IMG/VR virus record: IMGVR_UViG_3300042862_000163
Location: 32,001-96,000 of that record
From: a virus
Taxonomy: Duplodnaviria > Caudoviricetes
Strand: one strand, 5' to 3'
DNA length: 64,000 bases
Of this stretch, positions 11,901-23,700 are shown piece by piece. The position numbers and the translations under genes were made by a program. The first letter of the stretch is position 1; each line of letters begins with the position of its first letter. Below the pieces are notes generated by a model. The model did not search any database, had not been told where the DNA came from, and was given only the letters and a program-made list of their open reading frames with translations.

Positions 11901-12082
11901 ACATGAATCCTTTACAACAATTTAGTATACAAGGAAAAGCTGGAGGATCAAAAGGAAAAGGATTAGCTGAAGGAAAAGGATTTACATACGATGAGAATGG
12001 AAACATTGTAGGAGTAAGATCTATAGGAAAAGAAGATAAAGCTAAGAATGGTTCTATTGTAAAATCATATAAAAATTTATAA
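8906..12082 (+). CDS. Virion cargo/ejection protein (Gly/Ala/Gln-rich)
   Basis: 1058 aa; Gly-zipper segments (GGQIGGTAGKAIGSIFGPAGGAIG), GKSHE..VEVERGE domain, Q/N/A-rich helical C-terminus; position matches crAss-like cargo genes. Confidence 0.65.
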   Translation: MKAQILKMSGCKTQKEFYKKYPSEEAFMKVHGKEFKKAQLGANINLAQPAFKPLSFSDQFDSADKMITGSTGAERQELALKQQAAAPKDGGGGGFDIGGLMKMASSLGGESGGAGGEMDLSSLAAGKYGRTIHKAQFGGNYDLGQAPSSGLNMQQGFPQAQNSFSMQAPKFNAYDPQGDQSGTAMAKGIFEGAHSVPNAPQENGWTKTAGALGKYAGPVGDIIGGIGALQQEKEAAKAAKQTKLVSDVSLQAATSTDVDARRQMQDTFSKQRNAMMQPNVNPNAQGVGTSIGRNGLQLKGGGEIQNTYDPNTLYDDLGYEPLNDSNTKQYYHGGRIHQMQDGGGTPWGAISSKATGMGQSLMGGQNAGGQIGGTAGKAIGSIFGPAGGAIGEFVGGMAGNLLDPYAKRIAKDNAATQRNMQGMASANMAKGIQSQNQSFMKDGGWVSHDWTPQVIASFGGLDKQEVYDYAHEGMDSLRAGGHLRNYTPPSDRAMEIYEDGGEINSYGLGGELQTHWGGGAETISRNPYLPGTGETVMFRGKSHEERSPNGETGIGVTYGGNPVEVERGEPMVELEEGGTVDPETGEVQKSGVVFGNLQIPNQYIDMLGDNKAKGKKFKNYVNDLSKIEDKQNTLIEKSTKELNALNPRNSFDKLKLASLQSSIQGANMKLKELADKKINAASLQNAINDTAEERGLVADDLARGKVKIDKEAQKQYAKFGGKFTQAQNGINDLTDDEKVAQMDRDIKSGKLKEATVYNTPISQGVPRGAFDVNPKNLPKVSNLQLKQNVELPTSFGTDTYNNEEELTPSNPYIDMFNQMLPQIRPTDQEELDASQLYPEMFAMATNQLQPVQANFYHPELGTPYDVSLQDQLNANQADYRAAQRMMGYNPAAQAQLNAQKYQANQQILGNQFRANQEMKDKVYGENRNILNQAKLTNLGIADKQYERQSEAMSNTKATTQAALNSIADKYAKNKLENRTLGVMENMYNYRYDSKGRIINMNPLQQFSIQGKAGGSKGKGLAEGKGFTYDENGNIVGVRSIGKEDKAKNGSIVKSYKNL

Positions 12083-12122
12083 CTAATTTAATTATAAAGA
12101 ATTACCAGAATTGATTATTAAT

Positions 12123-12154
12123 TTTGGTAGTTCTAATAATTCATATTACATTTG
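12123..12154 (+). promoter_or_regulatory. Bacteroidota-type housekeeping promoter (-33 TTTG, -7 TAnnTTTG)
   Basis: TTTG (12123-12126), 20-nt spacer, TACATTTG (12147-12154), in the intergenic gap upstream of 12194. Confidence 0.6.
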
Positions 12155-12193
12155 CTAACGACATGTTTAGGCATGTAAATAAAATACTCCACT

Positions 12194-14734
12194 ATGGCCT
12201 CATGGACAGATAAAATCCCCACTTTTAATCCTTACGTACAACAATTGCCTGTAGAGGCAATGGTAAAAGTTGGTATGCAAAAACAACAACAGTATGACGA
12301 AGGTGTACAAAAGATACAAACTAATATTGATAATGTTGCAGGACTTGATGTTGCTAATGATGCTGATAAAGCATATTTACAATCTAAACTTAATTCATTA
12401 GGTAATAACTTAACTGCTGTAGCAGCTGGAGATTTCTCTAATTTTCAATTAGTTAATTCTGTTAATGGAATGACTAATCAAATTAGTAAAGATGATAATG
12501 TAATCAATGCTGTAAAATCTACATCATGGTTAAGAAAACAACAAGCTGAAATGGAGAAAGCTATTTCAGAAGGAAAGTCTTCTCAAGAGAATCAATGGGA
12601 CTTTGGAGAAAAAGCAAATAAATATTTAAGCTCTACTACAGTTGGTGATAAATTCAATGATCGATACACTCAATATATAGATGTAAATAAAAAGTGGATG
12701 GATGTAATGAAATCATTACATTCAGATCTTGCTGAACAAGATATGCCATATACAAGAAATGATGATGGATCTATAAATTATAAACAGACTGCTGCAGCAA
12801 TGCAACGTATGAGTAAAGAAACTGTATCCTCTGCTAAAATAGAAAATGCATTAAGATCTAGTTTATCTCCTGATGAATTAAATCAATTATCTATTAGTGG
12901 TAGATATACATTTAAACAATTTGATACACCAGATAAATTAGCAGTTTATTCTCAAACTAGATTTGGTAAACAAATTGAATTAAATGATGCACGAATTAAA
13001 GAACTAGATGGCTTATGTAATTTAAGTACATCTAATCCTGAGTTGCAGAAACAAGGACAAGATACTATAGATAGTTTACAACTTAAAAATAAACAATTAG
13101 GAATACAACTTAATGATGAGTTAGAAGCAATCAAAGCAGATCCAGAACAAGCTAAAGCTACTATTTATAAAAATGGAGCAATAGAAGAATTTGCTAATAC
13201 ATATGCTTGGGAACACAATAAAGAAAACCTTTTAACTAATGTTGTATTAGAAGCAGATCATTGGGAAAAGAAACATGCTATAGATTTAGCTAATTTAAAT
13301 TTATCAATTAAGAAAGATAAATGGGCAGTGTATAAAGATAAATTTGACATGGATATGTCTAGTAAGGAATATGGACTTAAAGTAGCTAAACAACATGCAG
13401 ATCTTTATGGAGCAGATGCTCCTTTTGAAACTTACCTAGGACAAAATACTAATGTTAAAGATCCTATGTCAGCAATGATAGAAGATGAAACTTCATATCG
13501 TCAATCTGCTAGTGCAGGTATAGTTGATATGGTAAATGGTATTCCTGGTACTAACTCAACTCAAATAAAGAATGCTATTGATAAATATGACAAGGGTGAT
13601 CCTAATTGGTATAAAATAGGAGATGGTAATAGTAAGAAAGCTATTCCTGTTGAATGGAGAGAAACTGTTGAGGGTATTATAAACAATCGAAATGAAGCTA
13701 ACAGATTAAGTACTGCCAGAACTAAGATAGTGAATGAAGTAGAAACTTCTCCAGAGTTTGCAAATTCAAAATTGCAGATTTATGATAAAGTTAAAAATGT
13801 TAAACCTATTACAATAGAAGATGCTAATGGAAATGGAATTACGTATACTTCTAAGGAATTAACAGATTATGCAATTAAGGAAAGTAAAAGTAAAATTCCT
13901 TTTAATAAAAAAGAACAAGCTTTGTATAATTTTACACATCGTAAATCTATATTTAGAGGAAGTACTGACACAAGTTTAAATAATGCTTTTCGTGAAATTA
14001 GACATGCTGTTTCTCCAATAGAAGATGCAAAACAAGATGCAATTCAAGCTAAATTATTAGAACGTGGCGGAACATATGTACCAAGATTAACTGCAATTAC
14101 TTTTAGTAGTGAAGGAGGAGATGTAGCTAGAAGAAGTTGGGAAGGTATTGCTAGTAGTGTATTATCTAGATTTAAAGAAGGTGGTGATGAAAAACTTAGT
14201 GGTTCAGATATTGAATTAGGAAAAAAATGGTTAAGTAGTGAAGGGAAAAATAATATTAATTATAAAAAATTAACCCAAGGAGATAAAACTTATTTAATAT
14301 TACTTAAAGATGGTGAAGAAGTAACTATTCCATTAGAAGGAAGAGAAGCACGACAGTTACCTATAAGTGATATTAATGAACCAAGTGCTGAAGAAAAAGA
14401 TGTAGTCAAAGCTCAATATTTAAGTGGTATAGGCTCAACTAATGCAACAGGTAAATATTCAGATGCTTACTTTGGTAGATCTAGAATGCCTCACTCAGAA
14501 TTAGATGTAAAAGCAGATTTAAGTTGGAATAAATCTAATAATGCTAAACAGTATATACAATTAAAATTAAATACAACTAATGGAGTAGTTCCTTTACAAT
14601 TGGATAATAATCCGATGTCTAGACAAGATGCTATATCTTTTTTAGGACGATTAACAAAAACACAAATCAAACAATTGTATCTAAGTAATCCATCAGTTCG
14701 TGATGTTGATAAACAAGCAATTAAAAATCTTTAA
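12194..14734 (+). CDS. Virion cargo/ejection protein
   Basis: 846-aa helical protein with N-terminal FNPYVQQLPVEAM..VGMQKQQQYD, directly before the RNAP gene as in crAss-like phages. Confidence 0.6.
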   Translation: MASWTDKIPTFNPYVQQLPVEAMVKVGMQKQQQYDEGVQKIQTNIDNVAGLDVANDADKAYLQSKLNSLGNNLTAVAAGDFSNFQLVNSVNGMTNQISKDDNVINAVKSTSWLRKQQAEMEKAISEGKSSQENQWDFGEKANKYLSSTTVGDKFNDRYTQYIDVNKKWMDVMKSLHSDLAEQDMPYTRNDDGSINYKQTAAAMQRMSKETVSSAKIENALRSSLSPDELNQLSISGRYTFKQFDTPDKLAVYSQTRFGKQIELNDARIKELDGLCNLSTSNPELQKQGQDTIDSLQLKNKQLGIQLNDELEAIKADPEQAKATIYKNGAIEEFANTYAWEHNKENLLTNVVLEADHWEKKHAIDLANLNLSIKKDKWAVYKDKFDMDMSSKEYGLKVAKQHADLYGADAPFETYLGQNTNVKDPMSAMIEDETSYRQSASAGIVDMVNGIPGTNSTQIKNAIDKYDKGDPNWYKIGDGNSKKAIPVEWRETVEGIINNRNEANRLSTARTKIVNEVETSPEFANSKLQIYDKVKNVKPITIEDANGNGITYTSKELTDYAIKESKSKIPFNKKEQALYNFTHRKSIFRGSTDTSLNNAFREIRHAVSPIEDAKQDAIQAKLLERGGTYVPRLTAITFSSEGGDVARRSWEGIASSVLSRFKEGGDEKLSGSDIELGKKWLSSEGKNNINYKKLTQGDKTYLILLKDGEEVTIPLEGREARQLPISDINEPSAEEKDVVKAQYLSGIGSTNATGKYSDAYFGRSRMPHSELDVKADLSWNKSNNAKQYIQLKLNTTNGVVPLQLDNNPMSRQDAISFLGRLTKTQIKQLYLSNPSVRDVDKQAIKNL

Positions 14735-14745
14735 AATAAATCAGT

Positions 14746-17700
14746 ATGCCAGATTTTGATAAAAACTTACAACCTATCATAAAAGATAGTTCTATTCCTT
14801 TTGAACATATTAACATTGGTGCGCCTAAACCTGCTGCTCCAATTAATGTAGGTAGTAATGATTTTAGTTTACCAACTCTTGCTAAAAATGATGATGATGT
14901 ATTTGCAATATTAGATAATATTTCAAGAACTACAGACTTCAATGAGAAGGGTGCTTTTGTTACAAATGCTACATTAAAAGCAAATCAAAGATATAAAGAA
15001 TATAATCCTATAATAGCAAACCAAGAAGACTTTGCAGCATATGGTCAAGGATCAGCTGAGAAAGCATTTAATGGTGTTGTTAAAGGAGCTAATCTTGTAG
15101 GTACTACAATTGCAGGTGGATTTGGTATGTTGTATGGTGCAGGTAAGGCTATACTTCCTGGTGGAAAGTTTTCTGATATATGGGATAATCCTATTATGCA
15201 AGGACTTGATAAATGGAATAATAAAGTTGACCAAGAGTATCTTCCTAATTACTATACAGATAAAGAGAAGAATGCTGAGTGGTATCAGAGAGATAACTGG
15301 ATGACAACAAACTTTCTATTTGATAAGTTAATTAAAAATTCAGGATTTGCTGTTGGTGCTATGGTTTCTGGTAATATAGCAAATGGTGTATTAGGAGCAG
15401 CTGGTGCTGCACTTGGTGGATTTGCTGCAGAAGGTGCATTGTTAGCTGAAGCATCACAAGGATTTAAATTATTTACTCCTCTGTTAAGAGGTACAGCAAG
15501 AGCATTCAGTGCTGCTAAAAATGTTGAAGCAGCTGCTATATTAGAAAAAAATCTATCTTCTATTGCTAATATAACTTCTCAAGCAGCTGAGTTAGAAGTA
15601 TTAGGCATTGCTAAATCTACTTTGAAATACGCAGGTTTTAATGATGCTGCTAGAAGAACTGCTATTGCTGCTTATTCATCTGCAGGAGAAGCATCTTTTG
15701 AAGCATTGCAAACATCTAATGAATATAAAAAATCTTTAATTCAAAAATATACTAATGAAAATGGACATGCTCCTACAGGAATAGATTTAGAAAATATTAA
15801 TGATTTAACAGCAAGTGTTGGTGCAACATCTTTCTTAGGAAACATGGCTTTACTTACAGTTACTGAGTTTCAACAATTACCTAACTTATTAGGTTCATCA
15901 TATAAAACAACAAAGAATGCTGCCAATAGTTTACTTGGTAAAGTTGACAATGTTATTTTAAAAGATGGAAAATATGTATCTGATGTAGTAGCACCATCTA
16001 CAAGATTTGGTAAATTATATGGTTCTGCAAAAAGAGTAGGAGGATATATGTTTGATCCAAAAGAAGGTGGTCAAGAAATAGGACAGTATGCGTTACAAGT
16101 TGGTACACAGCATTATTTTGAAAAAGGAAAACAAAATAGAAGTTCATCTGATGTACTAGATGCTATTTTGGAAAGTGCTCAATATGGTTTCTTAGATGAA
16201 AAGAAAGGAGCATTAAGATCTAAAGAAGGAATTGAAGGAGGTATTATAGGAGCTCTTACTGGAGGAGTTATGCAAACATTTGGTGCTAATGGAACAATTG
16301 CTGAAAATAAACAAGTAAAAACAAATACCGAAAAGTTTATAAATGGATTAAATGATGCACCAACATTTCAACAAGCATTCTTACAAAGAATGGAAAGTAT
16401 CAATAGAGGAGTAGCATTACAAAAACAATATCAAGATGCAGTTATACAAGGAGATAAATTAGAAGCGTTAGATACACAAACTGACATGATGCATAACTAT
16501 TTAACTTCTCGTATAAATTATGGAAAGTTTGACATGGTTATGGATGACATTACTGAGTTAAAACAAATGGGTATGTCTAAAGAAGGACTAGCTACATTAA
16601 AAGAACAAGGAATAGGTAACATCGAAGATACTGTTGATTCATTTCAGAAGAGACTTAATAATTTTGAACAAATAGCAAAGAATACAAATGATATAATTAA
16701 ATCTACTAATCTAAGATTTTCTGGAGAAGTATTAACAGATGAAGATAATAATCCAATATTATCTCCTGACGGTAAACAACTTAGAAAATATTCTCCATAT
16801 GTTATTGATAAATTAGTTTACGCAGCTAGTAAAATAGCTGATTATGATGTTCGTATACCTTTAGTTAATCAATCATTATCTGCTACAGGAATAAATACTT
16901 TTGATGTATTACAAAGCATCATTAAAAATAACAAACCTAGCAGAGAAGCTACAGATGAAGTATTAAAACAGATCAATGACATGGATGTATTATCTGATGT
17001 CAAAGATGGTCTTAAAACAGTATTGTCTGATACTATAGAACTTTCTTTACGTAGAAAAACTTTCATGCAAGAGTATGATGATATCAAAAGAAAACCATTA
17101 AACTATGAAACAAAACCTGAATTTCTTTTTGGAGCTTCAGAAGAACTTGATGTTAAAGTAGAGCAACAAGAAAAAGTTAAAGGAAAAAGAAAACCTTTAA
17201 TTACAGAGAAAGAGTTAGAAGTTAATAAAGAATATTCTTTAAAGGAACCTTTAAGAAAAGAAGGATCTACATTACAGCTTGCTCCAAAAATCACTGTGCT
17301 TTCTCAAACACTAGGAGGTGAGTTTGAAGTGAGACTTCCTAATGGTCAGATAAAATTTATTACACCAACAGAGTTTAAAAATTATAATATTTCTGATGAA
17401 GATAATACTTCTGACGAAATGGAAACTATATTTGATAAAGCTATTGATACTGTATTAGATAGAGAAGAATATCTTGAATATAACATTGAACTTAAAACAG
17501 CAGGACCTAAAAATGTTTATGATAAAAGAGCATTTGTTAATGATCTAGATAATCAAAAACTTATTGATGCTATTGAAAAAGAATTCAATAAACAAGCTGG
17601 AGAACTTATTGAGAAAAAAGAAAAACAAATAGCACAGCAAAAACAACTTATTCAGAATAAAGAACAAATAATAAAACAACAAACTGAATTAGAACATGAT

Positions 17701-20700
17701 TCAGGATCTATAGCAACCAGTAATCAAATTCCTGCTGAACCTTTTAAAGAAGGTAAGCTTATTGATGCTGAAGCATTATTTCTTTCTAGCACAACAGAGT
17801 CTGAAGGAATAGAAGATGCTACAAAATCAGCACAGCATATTAAAAACTCTAGAGTATTTTTAAATAACATTGCTGAGTTTCCTAATAGATCTAATATAAG
17901 AGCTATATTATTAACACCTAAACAAGTAGCTGGATTAAACCTTAATGGTTTAGTTCAGATGTCTTATGGGAAAGAATCAACAGTTAGTGTTGACTCTATA
18001 GAAGATGTTAATAGTATAGATAATGGATTTGTTGCTCAAGTATTTGTAGAGCAAAACAAAGATGGTTTATTTTATGTAAATAAAGAAGGAAAAATAATTG
18101 GTAAAGTTGGAGAAGACTTAGGTGATAGTCTTAGAGATGTTATATTCCAAACAATGCGTACCACTTCTTTACATTATAGAAATGGTAATCCAAGATATAG
18201 ATCTGAACAAGAAGATGAGGCTAGAGCTTATGCAGCAGCATGGAAAGCGTATAGAACAAAATTATTTAATGCAGGAGCTACAGAGTTTCCTACATTTGAA
18301 TTCTTTGTATCTAGTGGTATTCCTATTGAAATAAAAACTGCAGAGGGAATTAAAGAAAAAAATCATGTAGGAGGTATATTAATCAAAGAAGAATTAATAA
18401 CTAACCAAGCAAATTTAATTGTAATTCCAACTAAAAAAACTATAACTAATAGTAGAGGAGAAATACAAAAAGCTGCTAATGGTGTACCTATGTTACAATA
18501 TGGAGATACATTACAATTTTTAAACAATAGATCTTTCAATAATAGAGAAGCAGAAGGTATATATGAAACTATTAGAAGAATTGCTAATCAAACTGTAGAA
18601 CAATCTAATACAGGACAAGCAATAAGTTTCAATAGACAATTTACTAAGTTTTTACAAAATGTATTGTATTGGAAATCAAAAGCTGATACAGCATCTCCAA
18701 ACCAAATTGGTATAGATGTTAATACATTGAGTTTAAATCTTGGTAATAAAAGTTTTCCATTAGCTGAAATAGATAATTATAAAAAAGAAATAATTGATCA
18801 TTTAACAGATACTGAAACATTCAACAGTATTAATACTAAAACATTAACTGATTTACAATCAGCTCCTTTTGAAGAGTGGTATATAAACCAAGAAGGAAAC
18901 TTTGTTTCAAGTAAATGGGCAAACTACCAAACATATTTATTATCTAGTACATATCCAAGTGGTAAAGCTAGACCAATAGGTGATACACCTCTTTCCACTT
19001 CTATAGCTAAGCCTACAGAAGCAATTCCTTATTCTTTTCAACAAAGATATTCTACAATAACACAACCAGATGATTTTAATGTACAAGTAATTGTTGCTAC
19101 TGCAAAAAAAGAAGAAAAGAAAGAAGAAGCTCCTGCACCAAAAACATTTGAATTTAAAGCTGGTCCTGTAGAATATACATCACAGGAAGATGCTGATGGT
19201 AATTTTATTGTTGAAGTGGAAAGAAATGCAACAACAAAAGCTGTAGCTGCTGATACAAATTCTTTAGATGTAGTAATTAATGCATTAAAGGCTGCTGACA
19301 AATTTGATGCTTCTATTCCAAAAGGGCAAGAAGAAACATATGTTACAGATTTTATGGCTATGCAAATAGCTGCTTCATTAAAAGCTGAGAATTTAAAACA
19401 ACAAGAAGCTCCAGTAGCTGAAGAAGTGGTACAACCAATGGCTCCACCAGAAGTTGTAGCTCAACAAGATATAGAAAAAAGAAAAACAAAAGTTATATCT
19501 TCTGAAGTTGTAGAAAAAGGAAGTAGAAAAGGTCAAACAAGAACTGTGACACAAACTAATTCTATAGAAGAAGTAGAAGGTACGCTTGTAAGTGTAACAG
19601 AGTATGAAGCAAAAGTTGGAGACACTACCGTAACATTAGGAGGGAAAACAATGACTGTTAAAGAATTTAAAGAAGAGTTTCCCTTAGATGAAGATTATGA
19701 AGGAATATTTGAAGGTCTGGATGATGATGCAAAAATTACAGTAAGAAAAGTAAAAAGAACTCCTACTAATTCAAGATTTGATAGTATTGTAAGTATTATG
19801 TCTGCCGAGTTTGGTAAAATGGATGTAGGTACTAAAAAAAATGATAATACTTATAATGCAGAACTAGCTGCTTTAGAAGGTGGTGAAGAAACAAATATAG
19901 GTAAAGAGATTATAGCTGTTGCTCCTTTCAATAAAGGAACCATCACTGGTAAAATAGTAAGTGTAATAGAAAACAAAGCTAAAAAAGGATTGTATTCTAT
20001 TATATTAGATAATGGAGAAAGAGTTTCAGGAAGTTTTGAAGACAATAAATTTACTTGGATAAAAGAAGAAGAAACTCCTCCTAGTGAATTTCCTAGTGGA
20101 GATTTTAGAAGAGTTGGTTTAAATGATAAAGATAGAATGACTGATGCTGACTTTGAAATATTCAAAGAATGGGCAGCAGAAACGCTTCCTTTGATTCCAT
20201 GGGAAGATTTAGAACACATGATTACAATTAGCCCTAATGAAAAAGCTTGGGGTGTATTTGAAAATGGTGTAGCTAAATTTGTTAAAGGAGGTCTTAGAGG
20301 TACTGAGTATCATGAAGTTATGGAAGCTGTTTGGAAAGGTTTATTAACATCTGAACAAAGACAAGCTCTTCTTAATGAATTTAAAAATAAAAATGGATTT
20401 TTTACAGATAGACAAACAGGTAAAAAGATTCCTTTTCTTGAAGCTACTGACTTACAAGCTAAAGAAAGAATAATGGATGACTTTTCTGATTTTAGACTTG
20501 GTAAAATTCCAGCTAGATCATTAGGAGAATTTGTTCGTAGATTATTTAATAAAATATTAAACTTCTTTAAAACTTTTAATAATAAACCTTCTCTAAAACA
20601 AGAATTATTTGAAGCTATTAATGCAGGTAAGTTTAAAGAAAAAGCATTATCTCCTGAATCAATAACTTCTGCTCCTGAATATAGAACTGTAGAAGACTTA

Positions 20701-23700
20701 ACTGTACAACAAGCCAATAACTTTGTACAAGATATATTAGCTAGAGCTTCTGGTATATTATTTAGAGATGGAGAAAAAGGATTATTATTTAATCCTCAAG
20801 GAATTACTGGTACAGAAATGTTTAATAAAGTTGAAGAAATGTATATTAAAGAAGGTAGAAGACAATTACTTTCTGATAATGCATGGGAACAACTTAAAGA
20901 AAGAGTTAAAGATAAATTAAGAATACAAGGAATCAACTTTAACGAGGAAGAAGTTCATAATATAAACAATGATGAAACAAATAAAAATGATTATGTTTCT
21001 GATCCATTCACTGTAGAAGGTAAAAAGAGTGCTACACCAGCTGTTAAGTTTTTATTATCTACACAAATTGAAAGAGAATCTACTAATCAAGAAAGTGCTA
21101 TTACATTAAATACACCACCTCCTAGTTATTCTGAAATGAAGGTAAAAGGATTTCCTATTAAAGGATATAAACTTATGGACTATAGTAGAACATTTGCTAC
21201 ATTATTAGATAAACTTTCTAATTCATCAAGTGTTTCTAAATTTACAGATAAGTTATTTAACCTAGCCCAGGATGATGCTAACTATGTAGGTGTGTTTCAA
21301 AAAATTGGTGGTAAAGATAAAGTGATTCCATTCAGTGAGTTTAAAGCTAATGACTGGAGATTGTTTATTGATTTCATGCAAACATTTGCTAGACAGAAAC
21401 CAGATGCATTAATTCAATACAAATCTATTGACAGTGTTCACACTGGTGCAGCTAATCTATTTACTGCTAATAAACAAACACAACAGTATTGGATGGAGAA
21501 TATAAAAACTTTAGCCAAAGGAACAGGAACTATTGTTAATTTTAATAACAAGACTTACACAATAGATCAAGAAGCTCTTCAATCAATGCCTTTAAGAAAA
21601 TCTAAAGACATGGTTGCATTCTTAAATGCTATCGGTATAGAGTTTGATCTTGATACATATAATAAATTAAAGTCTTATCAGAAAACAGGTAAAAATGGCT
21701 TTAATGAACAAGTACAAAGTATATATGCATTCTTTGGTAGTAATAATAATTTGATGAGCATATCAGGTAAGACACTTGATATCGATGGACCATTAAGTAG
21801 ATTAGCTGAATTATATAATACAGTTAACAATCCTTCACAAGAAAGTACATACTTTGGTGTGGAGAATCAACGTATTGGTGCATTTTCAGAAAATAATGCT
21901 CCATCTATATTTGAAAATGAATTTAATGAAGCAGATACATTAACTGAATTAAAACAAACAAGAACTGAACTTAATGATATATTCTCTGCAGGTAGTCAAG
22001 TATTGAAAGAGGGTGGTTTGTTTTATGATAAAGATGGTAAACAAATAAAAGAATTCAAATTATCTTATATACAAGGAGAAGATAATCAAGATACTGATAA
22101 AGGAACTTCTACATCTAAATTAAAAATTGGAGATAGATATACATTAGAGATTAATCAAAATCTTAATGGTAAATATTATATATTGATGCCTGCTGATGGA
22201 TCTACAGAATGGATGATGAACATAGGTAACAATGTTTCATTTGATTCTATAGCAGCTGGATCATATACAGACATCAATGCTATATTCAAGGGATACTTGA
22301 TGGATGACATTAATTTAGCTTTAGATTATAAAACTAGAGAAAAACTATTAAATGTTGGTGATAAAGCAAAAGAGTTACGTTTCTTCAAAGATATATTAGC
22401 TGATGAGCAATTAGAAGCAATCAATAAAATGATTGAGGATAATGAATCATTAGATGATATTAAAAAATACATAGATACAAACATAGGTGCTATTAATAAT
22501 TCTGTAAAAGAATTTATTGATGGTATGAATGTAGGAACAAAGAATGTATTAGTAGAAAACAAGAAAATTGTAGTAGGAGAAAAAACATCTAAGTATTTAG
22601 ATTTAGATGGTAACTTTGCTAAAGCTAATTCATTAAATAAAAATGCATTAACAGAAAAATCTGTTAATGATATAATTAATTTTGCTAATGTAAATTATAT
22701 TATTGCTAATATAGAATATCATAAGATTTTATTTGGTGATCCTTATCAATTTGCTGTTAAGAAAGATGGGTCTTTAGATCAAACTAAACGTATCAAATCT
22801 TGGTTATCTCCTAGAAGAACTACATTTGATTCTGCTGAGTTTAATACATTCTTAAATAACAATGCAAATGAAACTGATGGTATTAAAGTAGATGAATATG
22901 TATATGATGCTAAAACTAATACATGGACTGGAGACTTAGGTGGTCACAAATTTAAATCTCATACTAATACTATAACTATTAAAGATGTTACTACAGCAGG
23001 TAGCTTAGCTAATATCAATAAATTGTTTGGTGATAATAATGAAGCAGATGCTGTATCATGGTTGATGGATACTACTCACAGAGAAGTTAAACTTAAAAAT
23101 AAACAATGGGATTTAGAAGGACCAGAAGAAAAATTCTTTCAATGGCAAATGGCTTTTACAAGAACAAATCTTCCTGGATATAAGTATTCAAACTCTGCAT
23201 TAGAAGCTCATGATAAAGCTTTGATGGAAACTGAAATGCCTAAACATAAACTTGAAATATTAAAACCAATTGTTACAGGTAATAAGTTTAATAAAAATAA
23301 TTTTGATCAAGTGTTAGATAAGTTCTCTCAAGTACCTGTCTACTACAGTATGGTAAAAGGAACTAACCTTGAGAAACTTTATATACAAATGATGAAACAA
23401 CAAATAGGATATGCTATTGTTGAATCAGGTAGAAAGGTGGGTACACAAGAAAAACATAGTCTTTATAATGGAGATGGTTCATTTAATACTGAAGCTTTTT
23501 CTGAAGAATCAATTGTACAAGTTCCATGGAAAGCTTATGGTATACAAGTAGAAACTGCTAGTAGTGATAATAAAACACAAACTAGAGGATCTCAGCTTAC
23601 TAAGTTAGCTAGTATGGATATATTTGATAATGGAGAAGCATCTAGTGTTGAAGCTGAAAAAGAATACAATAGAAATAAAGACATTCTTGATTTAATGCAT

